A stretch of DNA of 64,000 nucleotides, taken from assembly GCA_977017575.1 (NCBI GenBank), contig CDRNVI010000029.1, positions 962,983 to 1,026,982 of the forward strand, in the 5' to 3' direction. Shown here in pieces: positions 41,866-52,459 of this stretch. This DNA is from Paramoeba atlantica (Eukaryota; Protista; Discosea). A program made the translations under genes and the position numbers. The notes beneath the pieces were generated by a model. The model was not told the DNA's origin, did not search any database, and saw only the letters and a program-made list of their open reading frames with translations. Positions within the stretch are counted from its first letter, which is position 1, and each line of letters begins with the position of its first letter.

Positions 41866-44800
41866 TTATGCGCCCGGCTTCTCACTGACACTAAGTAACC
41901 CACAACGAACTGGTCCTTTCACCGCATCCTTAAGATGAGCAGCAATGTGCTTTGAGTACTTAATTTGCCATGCGTCAAACTTATGTATTTTCAGCATCGA
42001 CCTGCGCTGCTCAAGCAAATTGCTTAAGTATTCCATGGCTACAATAAAGGCATCTTCCGTGTATGGCGCAAACTCATGTATCCCACGTGCAGTCACCTGC
42101 CATGACTTCTCACCTGGTAATATTTCAATATTTTCATTCGGGCAGCGAATCTCCGCACTCAGAGCACATTTTTCGCACATAAACACAGCTCGGTTCTTTT
42201 GCGCGCAATCGTAACATTTAAAAATCACTCCCGTGGTTGGCTCATCGGGGTGTAGCGCACAGCGCAGGACATTACCCTTACAATCGTGCCCATTCGACAA
42301 TGAGTTCGGTGCCAGGACTTGAGACACCGTCGTTAACGCATACACCGCATTACGGAACCGATTTAACACTTGCCAGGACGCCCCAAAGCTCAGCCCATTC
42401 ATATCCCGCAGTGCTACCCTTTGGTACTCCCCAAACACACGCTGGGCGCCAAAATAGAGAAAATCTGATGCGCACGCGTTCAACAGAATCGAACGGTTTC
42501 CCTCGTGTCGGTCAAAGTCCACAAAATCGACCGCTGGGAGAAGCCCAGGGTCTAAGTGCAGATCAAGCGGCATGGATTGGATGAAATCCTCCAGGGAGTC
42601 AAAAGTGTCATCATGACCGCTGAGCGCCACAAACGGGGAACGCACCTTTACGTCGCGGTGGGCGACAATAAAAGCAGGGCTGTGTGTTCCCGTGTACGCG
42701 TGTGAGGTAAAAGGGAGTTGAAATCGGGAGGGAAGCTCCTCGCAGAGGTCCTGGGCCATGGATTTGTAGTGCTGCAGCACAGATTGGGTGTAGTTCCGCA
42801 GTCTGGCGTGAAAAGAGCCATGCTCGAGTACTTTGTGAAAAGGAAGCGTGACAGCATTGCGCTCCTCTCCCCGGAGACGGGCCTCGGCCTCACACGTTTT
42901 GCACGTACAACTGTGCACGGAGCGATGGAGCTCCAGGGGAAGACCAAAATCGTCGGTTTGGAGAAGCGCAGCCATCGCGGTTAGGAACAAAGGCATCATA
43001 ACGCAAGTCTCCTTCACAGGTGATCCCTCTTGGTGAAGTACAGGATGAAAAGTTCCCGCTAGATCATGGAAATCTCCGCTGCGTAGAAGGGCTAGAAACG
43101 TGAAATTCAGTGGATTTAAATGTAGGCTGTTGTAAATGTGAAGACAGCGTGCGACAACGCAATAATTTGTCTCAACCGCGGAGTTCATTGATACGGTACC
43201 TTCGGGTTTCTCCAATAGGGCTTGCTCCTCTAGAAATCGTTGGGTACATTTCGTCCAAAAATGGCACAACTCTGAATCGTTATACTGCATGCTTTTGCTT
43301 AGAAAACTTACTCCGCGGACGCGGTCAGTGTCGTCAGAGAAAAGTTGTGGAGCCTCTTGTAAAAATTCATCAGAGAATGTCTTCAGTCTCCTTTTCTTGA
43401 TCAATTGTTGCTCCTTTGCGGAACTTAGTAGCGAACGCTGCACAGCGGACATTTGAAGTTCCATCGTAGGGTCATTTAAGTGATGTCCTCTCAGATACTG
43501 TAATTTGGAAGTCATGACACGTGTAATCTTTTTGACAGGAATTCCCAACATGATGACATGTCCCAACAGATCAAGGCCTCGGCGGCCTGCACGACCAGCC
43601 ATTTGACGAAATTGCACACTGTTCAACTCGATGTGATCTCCCGCAAGGACAACGGAACGACACGGGCTGTGGATTCCCAAGGCAAGTGTCGTCGTTGAGA
43701 TCATCACACCCAAGTTATGGGTACGGAACAAGTGTTCTATCAGTCCCTGGATACGACTCCCCAGCCCCTCATGGTGAAATCCAATACCCCGACGTAGACA
43801 GCGAACGATTTTCTTTTCGAAATCGCTCCAGTACATGGGACGTCCCAGGCAGTCTTCGATGAGGCTATCGACAGTAGCGGAGTCCTCCCCTGTCCCCTCA
43901 CGTGCGAATGAATAAAAGGGAAGTACGGTAGGTATTTCGCGCAGCATCTCCTGCATCTCACCATGCTCATCTTTTTCCACTCGAAAGTCTCCTTTATCTT
44001 TCCCTTCCTCCCCTTCCTCCTTACTCTTACTTTGACGCGTTCTGCTTGACTTTGTCTTTTCTTGTATCGCAAGCTGTTTTTTCAGGTTCTCTATTTCCTC
44101 AAGCATGAGGTGAAACTCATCGCTCTGGCGGTAGATTGACTCACTCAGCTCCAGCTGCTCACACAACTGAAAGGCGAGTTGTTCACATTTGCTGATGTCG
44201 AAATTAAACACAATGCAGGGCAGCATCTGACGCGTATTCAGGGTGACCAAAAGTTCCAGGAGGTACGCATCCACGTACGACTGAGTTTCTGGAATCTCTG
44301 TATGAGTATGACGTAGCGGCATCAATAAAAACGGTACATCTAAATCCCCCAAAAGGGCGAAAGGAAGAGTAAAATCAGTTCTCAATTCCGCGACGGTATC
44401 AGCGCAACAGTCTGGCAAAGATGGTTTTTCAGCATCCTTGCAGCAAATCCAATGAGCGCATAGCAATAGCTTATATTGGTTGAGATTCGTCTCATTGGAG
44501 TCATGCGAAAAGAATTTCGTGGGTTTAAGGAATTCAAACGATCTCGCTTTGGGATCATTAAGCGCCATGGCAGAATAAAACGTGGCTAACATCTGAGGGC
44601 ACATAGCAGCATTTTCTTCAGATGAATCTCGCGTTTCAGAGTGAGGAAGATTGTCTTCATAAATTCTGCGGATAAAAGCTCCGATATTCCCTGAAATATT
44701 TCGAGATGATGGCACCCCAAGTTTCTCGACGACCTCTTTCAACATGTCCGCTCGCTTTGAATCATGAATACTTGAGCGCTCCCAGTGCACTAAGACTCCG

Positions 44801-47800
44801 GCAAGAAGATATTCATAAAGTTCAATTTTTTGAGGCAAAGGTTCAGGATCTGTTGAAAAAAATGAATTTGGCAAAAGTGCATCAAGTAGATCATCTTCTT
44901 CCTCTTGAGCTTCCGACATCGCGTTGTACACTTCAATAGCAGTTGGTGGAATCACAAAAGTTGTACCTGATCCCAAATCAGAGAATACCGCAACGCAAGC
45001 CTTGCGATACTCCTTCTCGGATTTCGAATTTTCAACCCAAAACATGAACTCTTTGGTCAACTCATTTTCATAATCCCGTGCATTGCTCTGCGACACAAGC
45101 GGGCCTTTATTTTCAAAGTACTTTTCCGGTTCCAAGTCCTGAAGTCGATCGTAGGATATGGGCATTGTTTTCTTCCGACAATTCAGCTTCATGATGTCAT
45201 ACAGCTGCAGAGCCTCTTGGGGTAAAAATGGCATGTCCTGCGGAAAAAGGTTATCGTCCAGTAATTTTCGTAAGGAGAGCAGACTCATGGGATGCACTCG
45301 CATTAACCCGTCGTGGTGGTAATGTTCGTCCAGCATGCCGTTTGCATCGTACGCTTTAGCGCGACCGTCTTTAGTTTGTATGTGGCGGGTGGGTCGGAAG
45401 ACATACTTGGCGAGATCACTCCAACGATGAACAACCTCCCCCTTGCGTGGCACAAGGTTCACTTTAAACCGTCGGGCATATGGATATGACTTTTCTTTCA
45501 TTGTGATAATTTCGGGAATAGCAGCCTTATTTCTTAACTCGTATTGTCGCTTTGCGCCATCTTGGACTTCTTGAAGCCACGATGCCAGCGCATCGGGATT
45601 CGCGACAGTAGCTGAAAGCGCAATGAAGGGAGCTCGTATCAAAACTAAGAGTCTCTCCCAAACACCACCGCTGCGAAGGTCATCAATGCTGTGTATCTCA
45701 TCAAAAATGACATACTGAACACGTTGGATAAGCTGCTGGTCTTCCAAACGGGGACTCAAGAGTAAGTGTTCAAAAGCCTCGGGAATAGTAACCAAAGCTT
45801 GGCACTTTTCCACCATAAATGCGTAGTCCTCAAGTACGCCATACACGTTCCACCCAGTTTCGTATTTCTTAGCAGGATACTTTGCATAGATACTTGCCAG
45901 AGCCTGGCGGAGTAGTGCTTTCGTAGGACAAACATAGACAACCAGACCTGGAGGACTCACCACGCCAAGTGAGGGGTGCGGGGCCACGGCAAGTTTGATG
46001 CAGTAAAACGACACAAACGTTTTCCCTGAGGACGTCGGGGTGCACACAATCGCACTCTCTCTACTATCTACAATGTCCAAAAGGTCAGCTTGCCAGGAAT
46101 CCGGGTGGAAAGGCACACGTGGAGGGTCCACACGATCCCCAGTGGACTGTGAACGTTGCAGCTGATCTCCCATCACACTCATTTGAAATCGCACTGAGCT
46201 CATGCCTACGTAGTAGGTCTGAATGTCAGGCACGAAGAGCGAGGGTTGCGGGAGAACAATGCCTTTCGCCTTCCATGAATCTTCCCACGCTTGTACATTG
46301 TCTTTTAATCCCATAATGCTGAGACGATCGCGCAGGTCCCGTAAATAGCTTTTCGTCTTTTTTCGTTCTGCATCGGTAACAACGTGATGCGCGTTCTCTT
46401 CAATCACCTCGCGTGCCTTATGAATAGTAGAAAAGAGGAGGGTTGCTTTCTTTCGGTTGGGCTCTCGGTGTTCCGCTGTCGATTGATCTATTTCAGCTGC
46501 CCATAACTTTTCCGCTTCCGGAACAAGAAAGTTATAGGCTCCCATCACAAGATGGTAGTATGACAAAGCAGAATTAAAGATGATGGCATCTACGTCGGGT
46601 CCTTTGGGGATGCGGATTATCTCTTTTTGGTATTGCTTGCTTGCAGTACGACAATCGGCGATGAAATTGTTTAATGATTCGAATCCCTGGAGAAAAGGCT
46701 TTGCATGAAATTCACTTTCCAAATTCGAAAACCGGAGCTTGCGTTTTTCAATATCCTGTTGGACACGATCATAGGTGTTGCGAATCATAATGTTGCGTTC
46801 GGATCCCTTCACAGTCAGTTTCGCATCGGTGTCTCTCCAGGTCAGGTCGTAAGGTTTCTCAAACAGAGTCTTCGCATTAGAGTGGACTCGGTGAAAGAAC
46901 TTTTCTCTTTTGCTGACCAGGTTGTCTGGCGCGGAGTATATTTCATCAATCTTTCTAAGGCACTCGCCTTTGTGCGATTTCCAGAGTTGAAACGGGGAGG
47001 TCCTATGATCCAAAGCAGCTGATGGATACGCCGCATTGCCATCTTCGTCAGCTTCTACAAATATCTTACGGCTTTCCCAAATAGGGAGGATAGAAGATTG
47101 TCCAGATAATGAGCGCCACATGTCATCTACGGCCTGTTGCATATCAATTTCCAGGTGTAATGACTGCTCGTGAGCATCCTGCACGACGCGAAGGAATAGA
47201 CGACTATCAAAAAGATCGGCCATAGTGGTGTCCGTAGGAAGAAGGACCGTGTCCACGAGCGTCAGTGCGGCTTCACACACTTTTTCGAGAAACTCGCTTA
47301 TTTCATCGGACAGACACGGGGAGCAGTGCTTGACCTCCAGACAGCGCTGCTTAATGTGAAGATGTTGAAGAAGCACAAGGTGAATCACGAAGCACTTTGC
47401 GAGTTCAGCGAAACTTTCTTGGGTTTGGTCCAATACAAAACGCAGGGCTACACCCATAATATGACACCGCTGTGTGCCTGACACAAACGGTTCCTCACTG
47501 CACGCAGGTCGTAATGCGGTCGAAACCCCCGCCATCTTTTGCGACATTAACCGCGCGATTTCATCACACACATTGTCCGGCAAGTCACGATGCAGTTCCC
47601 GCCACACAAACCCCACCGCACTACAATCCTTAAACACCAACCGGGACGTAAACACCACCGGGACCTTTAACGCCTTGATCAAATACACACACTGCATCCG
47701 TAGCTGTGTCTGCGCGTTACGCTTCCCCGCCTCCTCACCTCCCCTCTCCACCGGGGCCATCTCCTCCCCATCACTCACCAGCACAAACTCCACCATCCGT

Positions 47801-48243
47801 CGCGCACACAGCGCCGCGAAGGAGTTCTTTCCCGAGCTCCACCAATCCGCAAAGCTGTGGGTCTCCAGGCCCCCTTGTGTTTGCAGCGCATGGCTTTGCA
47901 GATGCTTCCAGGCGGCCTCGCGGATGAGCTGCAGGGTGGGGCTCGCGGCCCACCACCACCGGTTGCAGTGAAAGCTTACTAAGGCAAAGGCCCCGCCGCG
48001 TTGCTGGAACTGCCGCAGGGTGCGCTCCAGGTTGTAGAGCACGTGGAGGGGCTGGGGGAGGGACCAGCTGACATTGGGGTGGGCGAGCGCGGAGAGGAGT
48101 AGGGCGTCGAAGTCGATCAGGAAGCTCTCCCCGGCGTACATGTGTTTGAACAGGTCGTAGCGCTGGGGGAGGGCTTTGGCGTAGGCGTGGGTGATGGAGG
48201 AGGGGAGGGGATCGGGAGGGGTTGTTGGGAAGGGAGGGGACAT
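41866..48243 (-). CDS. DDX60-like Ski2-family DExH helicase
   Basis: FHPDSWQ, PTSSGKT, DEIH, ALSAT, GIGFHH, TTTLALGI, QMAGRAGRRG; N-terminal DDX60-like region (FLIDFDALL). Confidence 0.9.
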   Translation of the reverse strand: MSPPFPTTPPDPLPSSITHAYAKALPQRYDLFKHMYAGESFLIDFDALLLSALAHPNVSWSLPQPLHVLYNLERTLRQFQQRGGAFALVSFHCNRWWWAASPTLQLIREAAWKHLQSHALQTQGGLETHSFADWWSSGKNSFAALCARRMVEFVLVSDGEEMAPVERGGEEAGKRNAQTQLRMQCVYLIKALKVPVVFTSRLVFKDCSAVGFVWRELHRDLPDNVCDEIARLMSQKMAGVSTALRPACSEEPFVSGTQRCHIMGVALRFVLDQTQESFAELAKCFVIHLVLLQHLHIKQRCLEVKHCSPCLSDEISEFLEKVCEAALTLVDTVLLPTDTTMADLFDSRLFLRVVQDAHEQSLHLEIDMQQAVDDMWRSLSGQSSILPIWESRKIFVEADEDGNAAYPSAALDHRTSPFQLWKSHKGECLRKIDEIYSAPDNLVSKREKFFHRVHSNAKTLFEKPYDLTWRDTDAKLTVKGSERNIMIRNTYDRVQQDIEKRKLRFSNLESEFHAKPFLQGFESLNNFIADCRTASKQYQKEIIRIPKGPDVDAIIFNSALSYYHLVMGAYNFLVPEAEKLWAAEIDQSTAEHREPNRKKATLLFSTIHKAREVIEENAHHVVTDAERKKTKSYLRDLRDRLSIMGLKDNVQAWEDSWKAKGIVLPQPSLFVPDIQTYYVGMSSVRFQMSVMGDQLQRSQSTGDRVDPPRVPFHPDSWQADLLDIVDSRESAIVCTPTSSGKTFVSFYCIKLAVAPHPSLGVVSPPGLVVYVCPTKALLRQALASIYAKYPAKKYETGWNVYGVLEDYAFMVEKCQALVTIPEAFEHLLLSPRLEDQQLIQRVQYVIFDEIHSIDDLRSGGVWERLLVLIRAPFIALSATVANPDALASWLQEVQDGAKRQYELRNKAAIPEIITMKEKSYPYARRFKVNLVPRKGEVVHRWSDLAKYVFRPTRHIQTKDGRAKAYDANGMLDEHYHHDGLMRVHPMSLLSLRKLLDDNLFPQDMPFLPQEALQLYDIMKLNCRKKTMPISYDRLQDLEPEKYFENKGPLVSQSNARDYENELTKEFMFWVENSKSEKEYRKACVAVFSDLGSGTTFVIPPTAIEVYNAMSEAQEEEDDLLDALLPNSFFSTDPEPLPQKIELYEYLLAGVLVHWERSSIHDSKRADMLKEVVEKLGVPSSRNISGNIGAFIRRIYEDNLPHSETRDSSEENAAMCPQMLATFYSAMALNDPKARSFEFLKPTKFFSHDSNETNLNQYKLLLCAHWICCKDAEKPSLPDCCADTVAELRTDFTLPFALLGDLDVPFLLMPLRHTHTEIPETQSYVDAYLLELLVTLNTRQMLPCIVFNFDISKCEQLAFQLCEQLELSESIYRQSDEFHLMLEEIENLKKQLAIQEKTKSSRTRQSKSKEEGEEGKDKGDFRVEKDEHGEMQEMLREIPTVLPFYSFAREGTGEDSATVDSLIEDCLGRPMYWSDFEKKIVRCLRRGIGFHHEGLGSRIQGLIEHLFRTHNLGVMISTTTLALGIHSPCRSVVLAGDHIELNSVQFRQMAGRAGRRGLDLLGHVIMLGIPVKKITRVMTSKLQYLRGHHLNDPTMELQMSAVQRSLLSSAKEQQLIKKRRLKTFSDEFLQEAPQLFSDDTDRVRGVSFLSKSMQYNDSELCHFWTKCTQRFLEEQALLEKPEGTVSMNSAVETNYCVVARCLHIYNSLHLNPLNFTFLALLRSGDFHDLAGTFHPVLHQEGSPVKETCVMMPLFLTAMAALLQTDDFGLPLELHRSVHSCTCKTCEAEARLRGEERNAVTLPFHKVLEHGSFHARLRNYTQSVLQHYKSMAQDLCEELPSRFQLPFTSHAYTGTHSPAFIVAHRDVKVRSPFVALSGHDDTFDSLEDFIQSMPLDLHLDPGLLPAVDFVDFDRHEGNRSILLNACASDFLYFGAQRVFGEYQRVALRDMNGLSFGASWQVLNRFRNAVYALTTVSQVLAPNSLSNGHDCKGNVLRCALHPDEPTTGVIFKCYDCAQKNRAVFMCEKCALSAEIRCPNENIEILPGEKSWQVTARGIHEFAPYTEDAFIVAMEYLSNLLEQRRSMLKIHKFDAWQIKYSKHIAAHLKDAVKGPVRCGLLSVSEKPGA

Positions 48244-48570
48244 GGAGAGAAGGGGGGGGGGTGGGGGAAGAAAGAGGTTGTAGTTTTAGAGAAAGCTGTG
48301 GAGATGTTGATAAAGGTGGGTTAATAAATAAAGGTGTTGTGGGAGATTGTGTGATAAAGATTATACAAGTTATGTACAACGTTTTCATCTTAATCGCTTT
48401 CATTCTATTTCGAATGCGGATCAACAGACCTAAAAAATGTTCGATGTAAGGATAGATAAACGTACATCTAAATCCAAATGGATTTATCCGGCTGTGGGAT
48501 GTATGGAAGATAAGTATTTGGTTAGTATTAACCGAAACGGGCACGTTCCTTCTCGTTGGTTCATGGAGTA

Positions 48571-50301
48571 TCACATAGCGGATGCCGCCTCTGTATGCTC
48601 AGATCCCACTGCACCGCCGATTTGAGGTGCCGTGGGATCTTGTTCCCGGTCGCGCTGTCTTTCGAGCCACGCTTTTCTGCGCTCTTTTTGTGCCTGAATA
48701 ACTTCCTGGAGTGCTGGTGGTAATTTCTGAATGTGTGCCTTTTGACGACAAACACTCTGTGTTTTTCGTGCTATACGTTGCACCAGTCGAGGATCCTCGA
48801 TCTGCAGCGCATGTAGCGTTTGAAACAGTAGGGCCAGATCATTGATTTTTAATTTCATCCACAGCAAACAGGCACAGGAGTGGTACCAACGGAGGAACAC
48901 ACGCTCACGGCATCCGGCGTCGAAACAAACTCGAGCGACGGCACTCGCCGTCATAAAGTCTTTTGCATGTTGTACAATAACAATTCTGGCTATTTTCAGC
49001 AACGCATCAGACTTGGTACACTGCAGGCGCAGAAAACTAATGAGCAGGTTCGCCGCCTGCGCGGGTGTCATATTATCGGAGATCGCCACGACGTGATCTA
49101 CCATGCGGTTGACTAACTTGTGTTCGCTTGCCCCCGCTAGCTGAGAGAGAAAAAACAGAATTTCTTCACACTGGCCCACGTGGGCTTGTTGAATCACATC
49201 ACAGGCACGTGCCAAGAGAGCGACAATTAGCTCCTCCAGGGGAGCGTCCAGTCGAGCGCACGCCTGCAGCGTGAGATTAATCCCGACTATATCCATATAT
49301 TTGATGCAACGAATTAAGCGTTGTGCAACTGGTTGCAGTGAACTAGCCGAGGTAACACCAATTCGCACAAACCCCAACATGACATTTACAAGGTTTCGCG
49401 GGGCACGTTCGTTACGTACCGCTTCCTCGGAACAACGGAGTAACGTATCCAGGTGGAAATGTGGGATTTGAATCTCGTTCTTTGCCGCAATACTGATGAC
49501 CAGCTGTAACACTGTGAAGGGGACTTCGTCCTTTTCGTTGACCTCTTCCATGACTTTTCCTACAAGGGCGTGAAATAAACGCTGGTCAAACAGTGTCTTG
49601 TCGGCGAGCGCCATTCCCCGCAGTGCCCGGGTGGCATCTTGACTGGTAATCTCCTCTAGCCGTCGATAAATGCCAAAGGAGATATCTCGAACTAACCGCA
49701 GCCGGCTGATGCCTAAATAGCAAAAACTGTGCAACATGGTACATAGATGGTGGGTGGGCATATCCCGCAGTCGGAGTTGTATCCTCATGGTGATGTATTT
49801 CAGCACGGTCTCGTGACGGCACTCGTTAATTACAAGCAGTGCGAGCACCTCCAGCAGGGTGTCGTTGTCAAATTCCATACACACCTCCGCACATCGTCTA
49901 AAAAACCCTTCCACACGCTGCGGTGCCATCCGTCGTCCGTTCATCCCTTTCTCATAGGTCTCATGGACGAGCTGCGTGACCTCTTGTGCATTTAACGAGC
50001 GTACCTCCCGGTCCTCCGGGGTACTCGCCGCCACGAAATGTTGTAATTTCGGCGGCAACACGCCCTGCCGATTGAGTAACTCCAGCAGCGCTCTGTTCTG
50101 GGTCTGGGGGAGGATCGCAATGTGGACGTGCTGGGAGAGCTTCCCGAGGGCACGCCACACCTCCGCCTCCTTTCGGCACCATGTGGCGGAGTCCATGGTG
50201 TGGCACAGGGTGTAGAAATCGACAGGGCTGAAGCGCAGGTGCTCACGTTTCGCGCTCTCTAGGAGCCAGCGAAGGACAGGGACGTGTGAGCCGACTTGCA
50301 T
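48571..50301 (-). CDS. Hypothetical helical-repeat protein (~575 aa), possibly mitochondrial RNA-binding
   Basis: Long ORF of repeated Leu-rich helices; probable ATG at MQVGSH. Confidence 0.7.
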   Translation of the reverse strand: MQVGSHVPVLRWLLESAKREHLRFSPVDFYTLCHTMDSATWCRKEAEVWRALGKLSQHVHIAILPQTQNRALLELLNRQGVLPPKLQHFVAASTPEDREVRSLNAQEVTQLVHETYEKGMNGRRMAPQRVEGFFRRCAEVCMEFDNDTLLEVLALLVINECRHETVLKYITMRIQLRLRDMPTHHLCTMLHSFCYLGISRLRLVRDISFGIYRRLEEITSQDATRALRGMALADKTLFDQRLFHALVGKVMEEVNEKDEVPFTVLQLVISIAAKNEIQIPHFHLDTLLRCSEEAVRNERAPRNLVNVMLGFVRIGVTSASSLQPVAQRLIRCIKYMDIVGINLTLQACARLDAPLEELIVALLARACDVIQQAHVGQCEEILFFLSQLAGASEHKLVNRMVDHVVAISDNMTPAQAANLLISFLRLQCTKSDALLKIARIVIVQHAKDFMTASAVARVCFDAGCRERVFLRWYHSCACLLWMKLKINDLALLFQTLHALQIEDPRLVQRIARKTQSVCRQKAHIQKLPPALQEVIQAQKERRKAWLERQRDREQDPTAPQIGGAVGSEHTEAASAM

Positions 50302-50660
50302 GTCGTGGTGGGGGATAGGGAATTGTGTATGGTGAGAAAAAGGCGTCCAAAATAAAAATGGAATCAACTACAGCATGTACCGATCGACTAGGTGCGTGCG
50401 TGTACTACCACCTGTACCTTTGAAAAAATAGAGGTAAAAAATGAAACCATTATACTCTATTTCCTCGGACGTATCTCTCCGGGTACGTCGCAAGACGTAT
50501 TCGGACCTACCGTTTGAAGCGTTGAGGGGGCATAGCTCTTCGGAGTCAAATGGCCCAAGACATCATCACCATCATCAAGTAGTGGGTACCGCTCGGACTC
50601 TTAAGTAGGAAGACGGTACTATCCTAAGAATGTGCACTCGAAAATCAAAATCGTGTATTC

Positions 50661-50963
50661 TCAGAGTCTCGCATCTTCTTCAACGAAAAACGTAGTGTAA
50701 ACTGTCTCTTTCTCACCCACTACTTCACATGGTTTTACGACGTCCATGGATGTTACTTTAGCCTTGGGAGAGCCCTCATGATGACACCAGTGCATCAAAT
50801 GATTCAACGCCTCTGTAGTCCCTTGAGCATAGACCTCCACTCGACCATCTGGAACATTTCGCACCCATCCGACTACACCCAGCGACAGGGCCTGTTTCTG
50901 GGTATATTTCCGGAAAAACACGCCTTGCACCTTCCCGCTTACGTAAAAATGCACGCTGTTCAT
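50661..50963 (-). CDS. Acylphosphatase
   Basis: VSGKVQGVFFR, GWVRNVPDGRVE, GSPKAKV. Confidence 0.95.
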   Translation of the reverse strand: MNSVHFYVSGKVQGVFFRKYTQKQALSLGVVGWVRNVPDGRVEVYAQGTTEALNHLMHWCHHEGSPKAKVTSMDVVKPCEVVGEKETVYTTFFVEEDARL

Positions 50964-51211
50964 TCAGGGATATCCGTAAATACTTAAATAGGTCTTTTAT
51001 TTTCGTCTAAAAGAACCAGTTTGGGTTATTCTCACACTAAATCTCTAATAAACGTTTTTCTCCTCATTAGCACGAACTGAAAAAGCACTCAAAAGTGGCT
51101 AAAGAGATAATATCACTCCAGTAATAAACGTCGCACTCGTGCAGTCCTCCACTCTCGACCATTAAGCCCTACTATACAACCGGTTTCCGACCCCCCCCCC
51201 TTTGTTTCCTC

Positions 51212-51985
51212 TCACGCACACAACAACACCAGCTCATCCTCCACCTCCCTCATCTCCTCCATCGCCCGCTTCATGTACCCCTCATAACTCGACCACCCCA
51301 ACGCCCCCGACAACACCTGGTTCCGTTTCTCCACCATCCCCTCATGAAACCGACTCAACTGCGTGGCAAACTCCACCGGAGCCTTCCCCCCCTCCTTCCT
51401 CCCCCCCTCCTTCCTCCCCCCCTTCTCCCCCTCCCCTCCCTCCTCCCCCCCCCTCTCCCCTTCATTCCGACCCCCCCCTGTCTCTAGCCCTTCTTCCTCC
51501 TCCTCCGTCTCCTCCCCCTCCAGCACGGGTCGCTCCCCCCCCTCCCCCCCCTCCCCGCCATACACCCCCCGCATCCCCCCGACCCCCGCTGCCCTCACCA
51601 CGCCCAGCAGCGGGTCCGCGCGGGCCATCGCGCGCTCGGCGTGCACGCGGCTGGGGGGGATCGCGAGCAGCGCCTCGACGTCCTCCAGCAGCCGGGCGTG
51701 GGCCCGGGTGGGGGCGGGGGCCATGGCGAGGGCACGCACGACGTGGTGGTACGCCAGGGACTCGTCCTGGCGGAGGTGGCGGTAGAGCTGGGAGGGGGAG
51801 AGCGCGATGGAGGGGGAGGCCGAAGGAGCCGAAGCCGAAGGAACTGAAGGAACTGAAGCCGAAGGCAATGAAGCCGAAGAAGCCAGCGGCAGGATATGGT
51901 CGGGGGCGGTGAGGGTGAGGTCGAGGGCGCGGTGGGTGGTGGCGGGGGGGTGGAGGGGGGGTGAGGGGGGAGGGGTGGAAGACAT
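51212..51985 (-). CDS. Hypothetical protein lying within a GC-skew island
   Basis: The one frame with helical, non-trivial segments (LYRHLRQDESLAYHHVV; EFATQLSRFHEGMVEKRNQVL). Confidence 0.5.
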   Translation of the reverse strand: MSSTPPPSPPLHPPATTHRALDLTLTAPDHILPLASSASLPSASVPSVPSASAPSASPSIALSPSQLYRHLRQDESLAYHHVVRALAMAPAPTRAHARLLEDVEALLAIPPSRVHAERAMARADPLLGVVRAAGVGGMRGVYGGEGGEGGERPVLEGEETEEEEEGLETGGGRNEGERGGEEGGEGEKGGRKEGGRKEGGKAPVEFATQLSRFHEGMVEKRNQVLSGALGWSSYEGYMKRAMEEMREVEDELVLLCA

Positions 51986-52459
51986 GGGGGGGAGAGAGGA
52001 GAGAAGGGGGTAGTAGTAGATTTGGTGGAGGAGTAGGTTTGGGGGTAGGAAGGAAGGGTGGTGGTGTGATTGTGGGGGGGGGGGAGGAAGGGGGGAGGAA
52101 ATGAGGGTGTGGGGAGGGGGGGAGTGTGGGCCCGTTTAGAGAGGAAGGAGAATGAGGAGTAAGGAATTTTGTAAATACGAGACAAGCCGGGTAAACTTGT
52201 ATGAAACTAAAGGAGGCTGGATAAAAAATGAAAGAACGATAATGTATGCATAGGAATGTGTTCTTATAAAGGTTTAAGATTGAAGCCCAGCTTTGGTAAC
52301 AGAGTTTGACGCACATTCTAATGAATGCAAACACTGTGTCTACATTTCTCAAGAATATCTTTATATATTCTTTATATATTTCTAAAAAAATAGAACAACA
52401 CTCTTCTCTTATTTCCCTGGTCTTACCCCCCGCTTACACTAAAAATCATTCCCCCCTCC

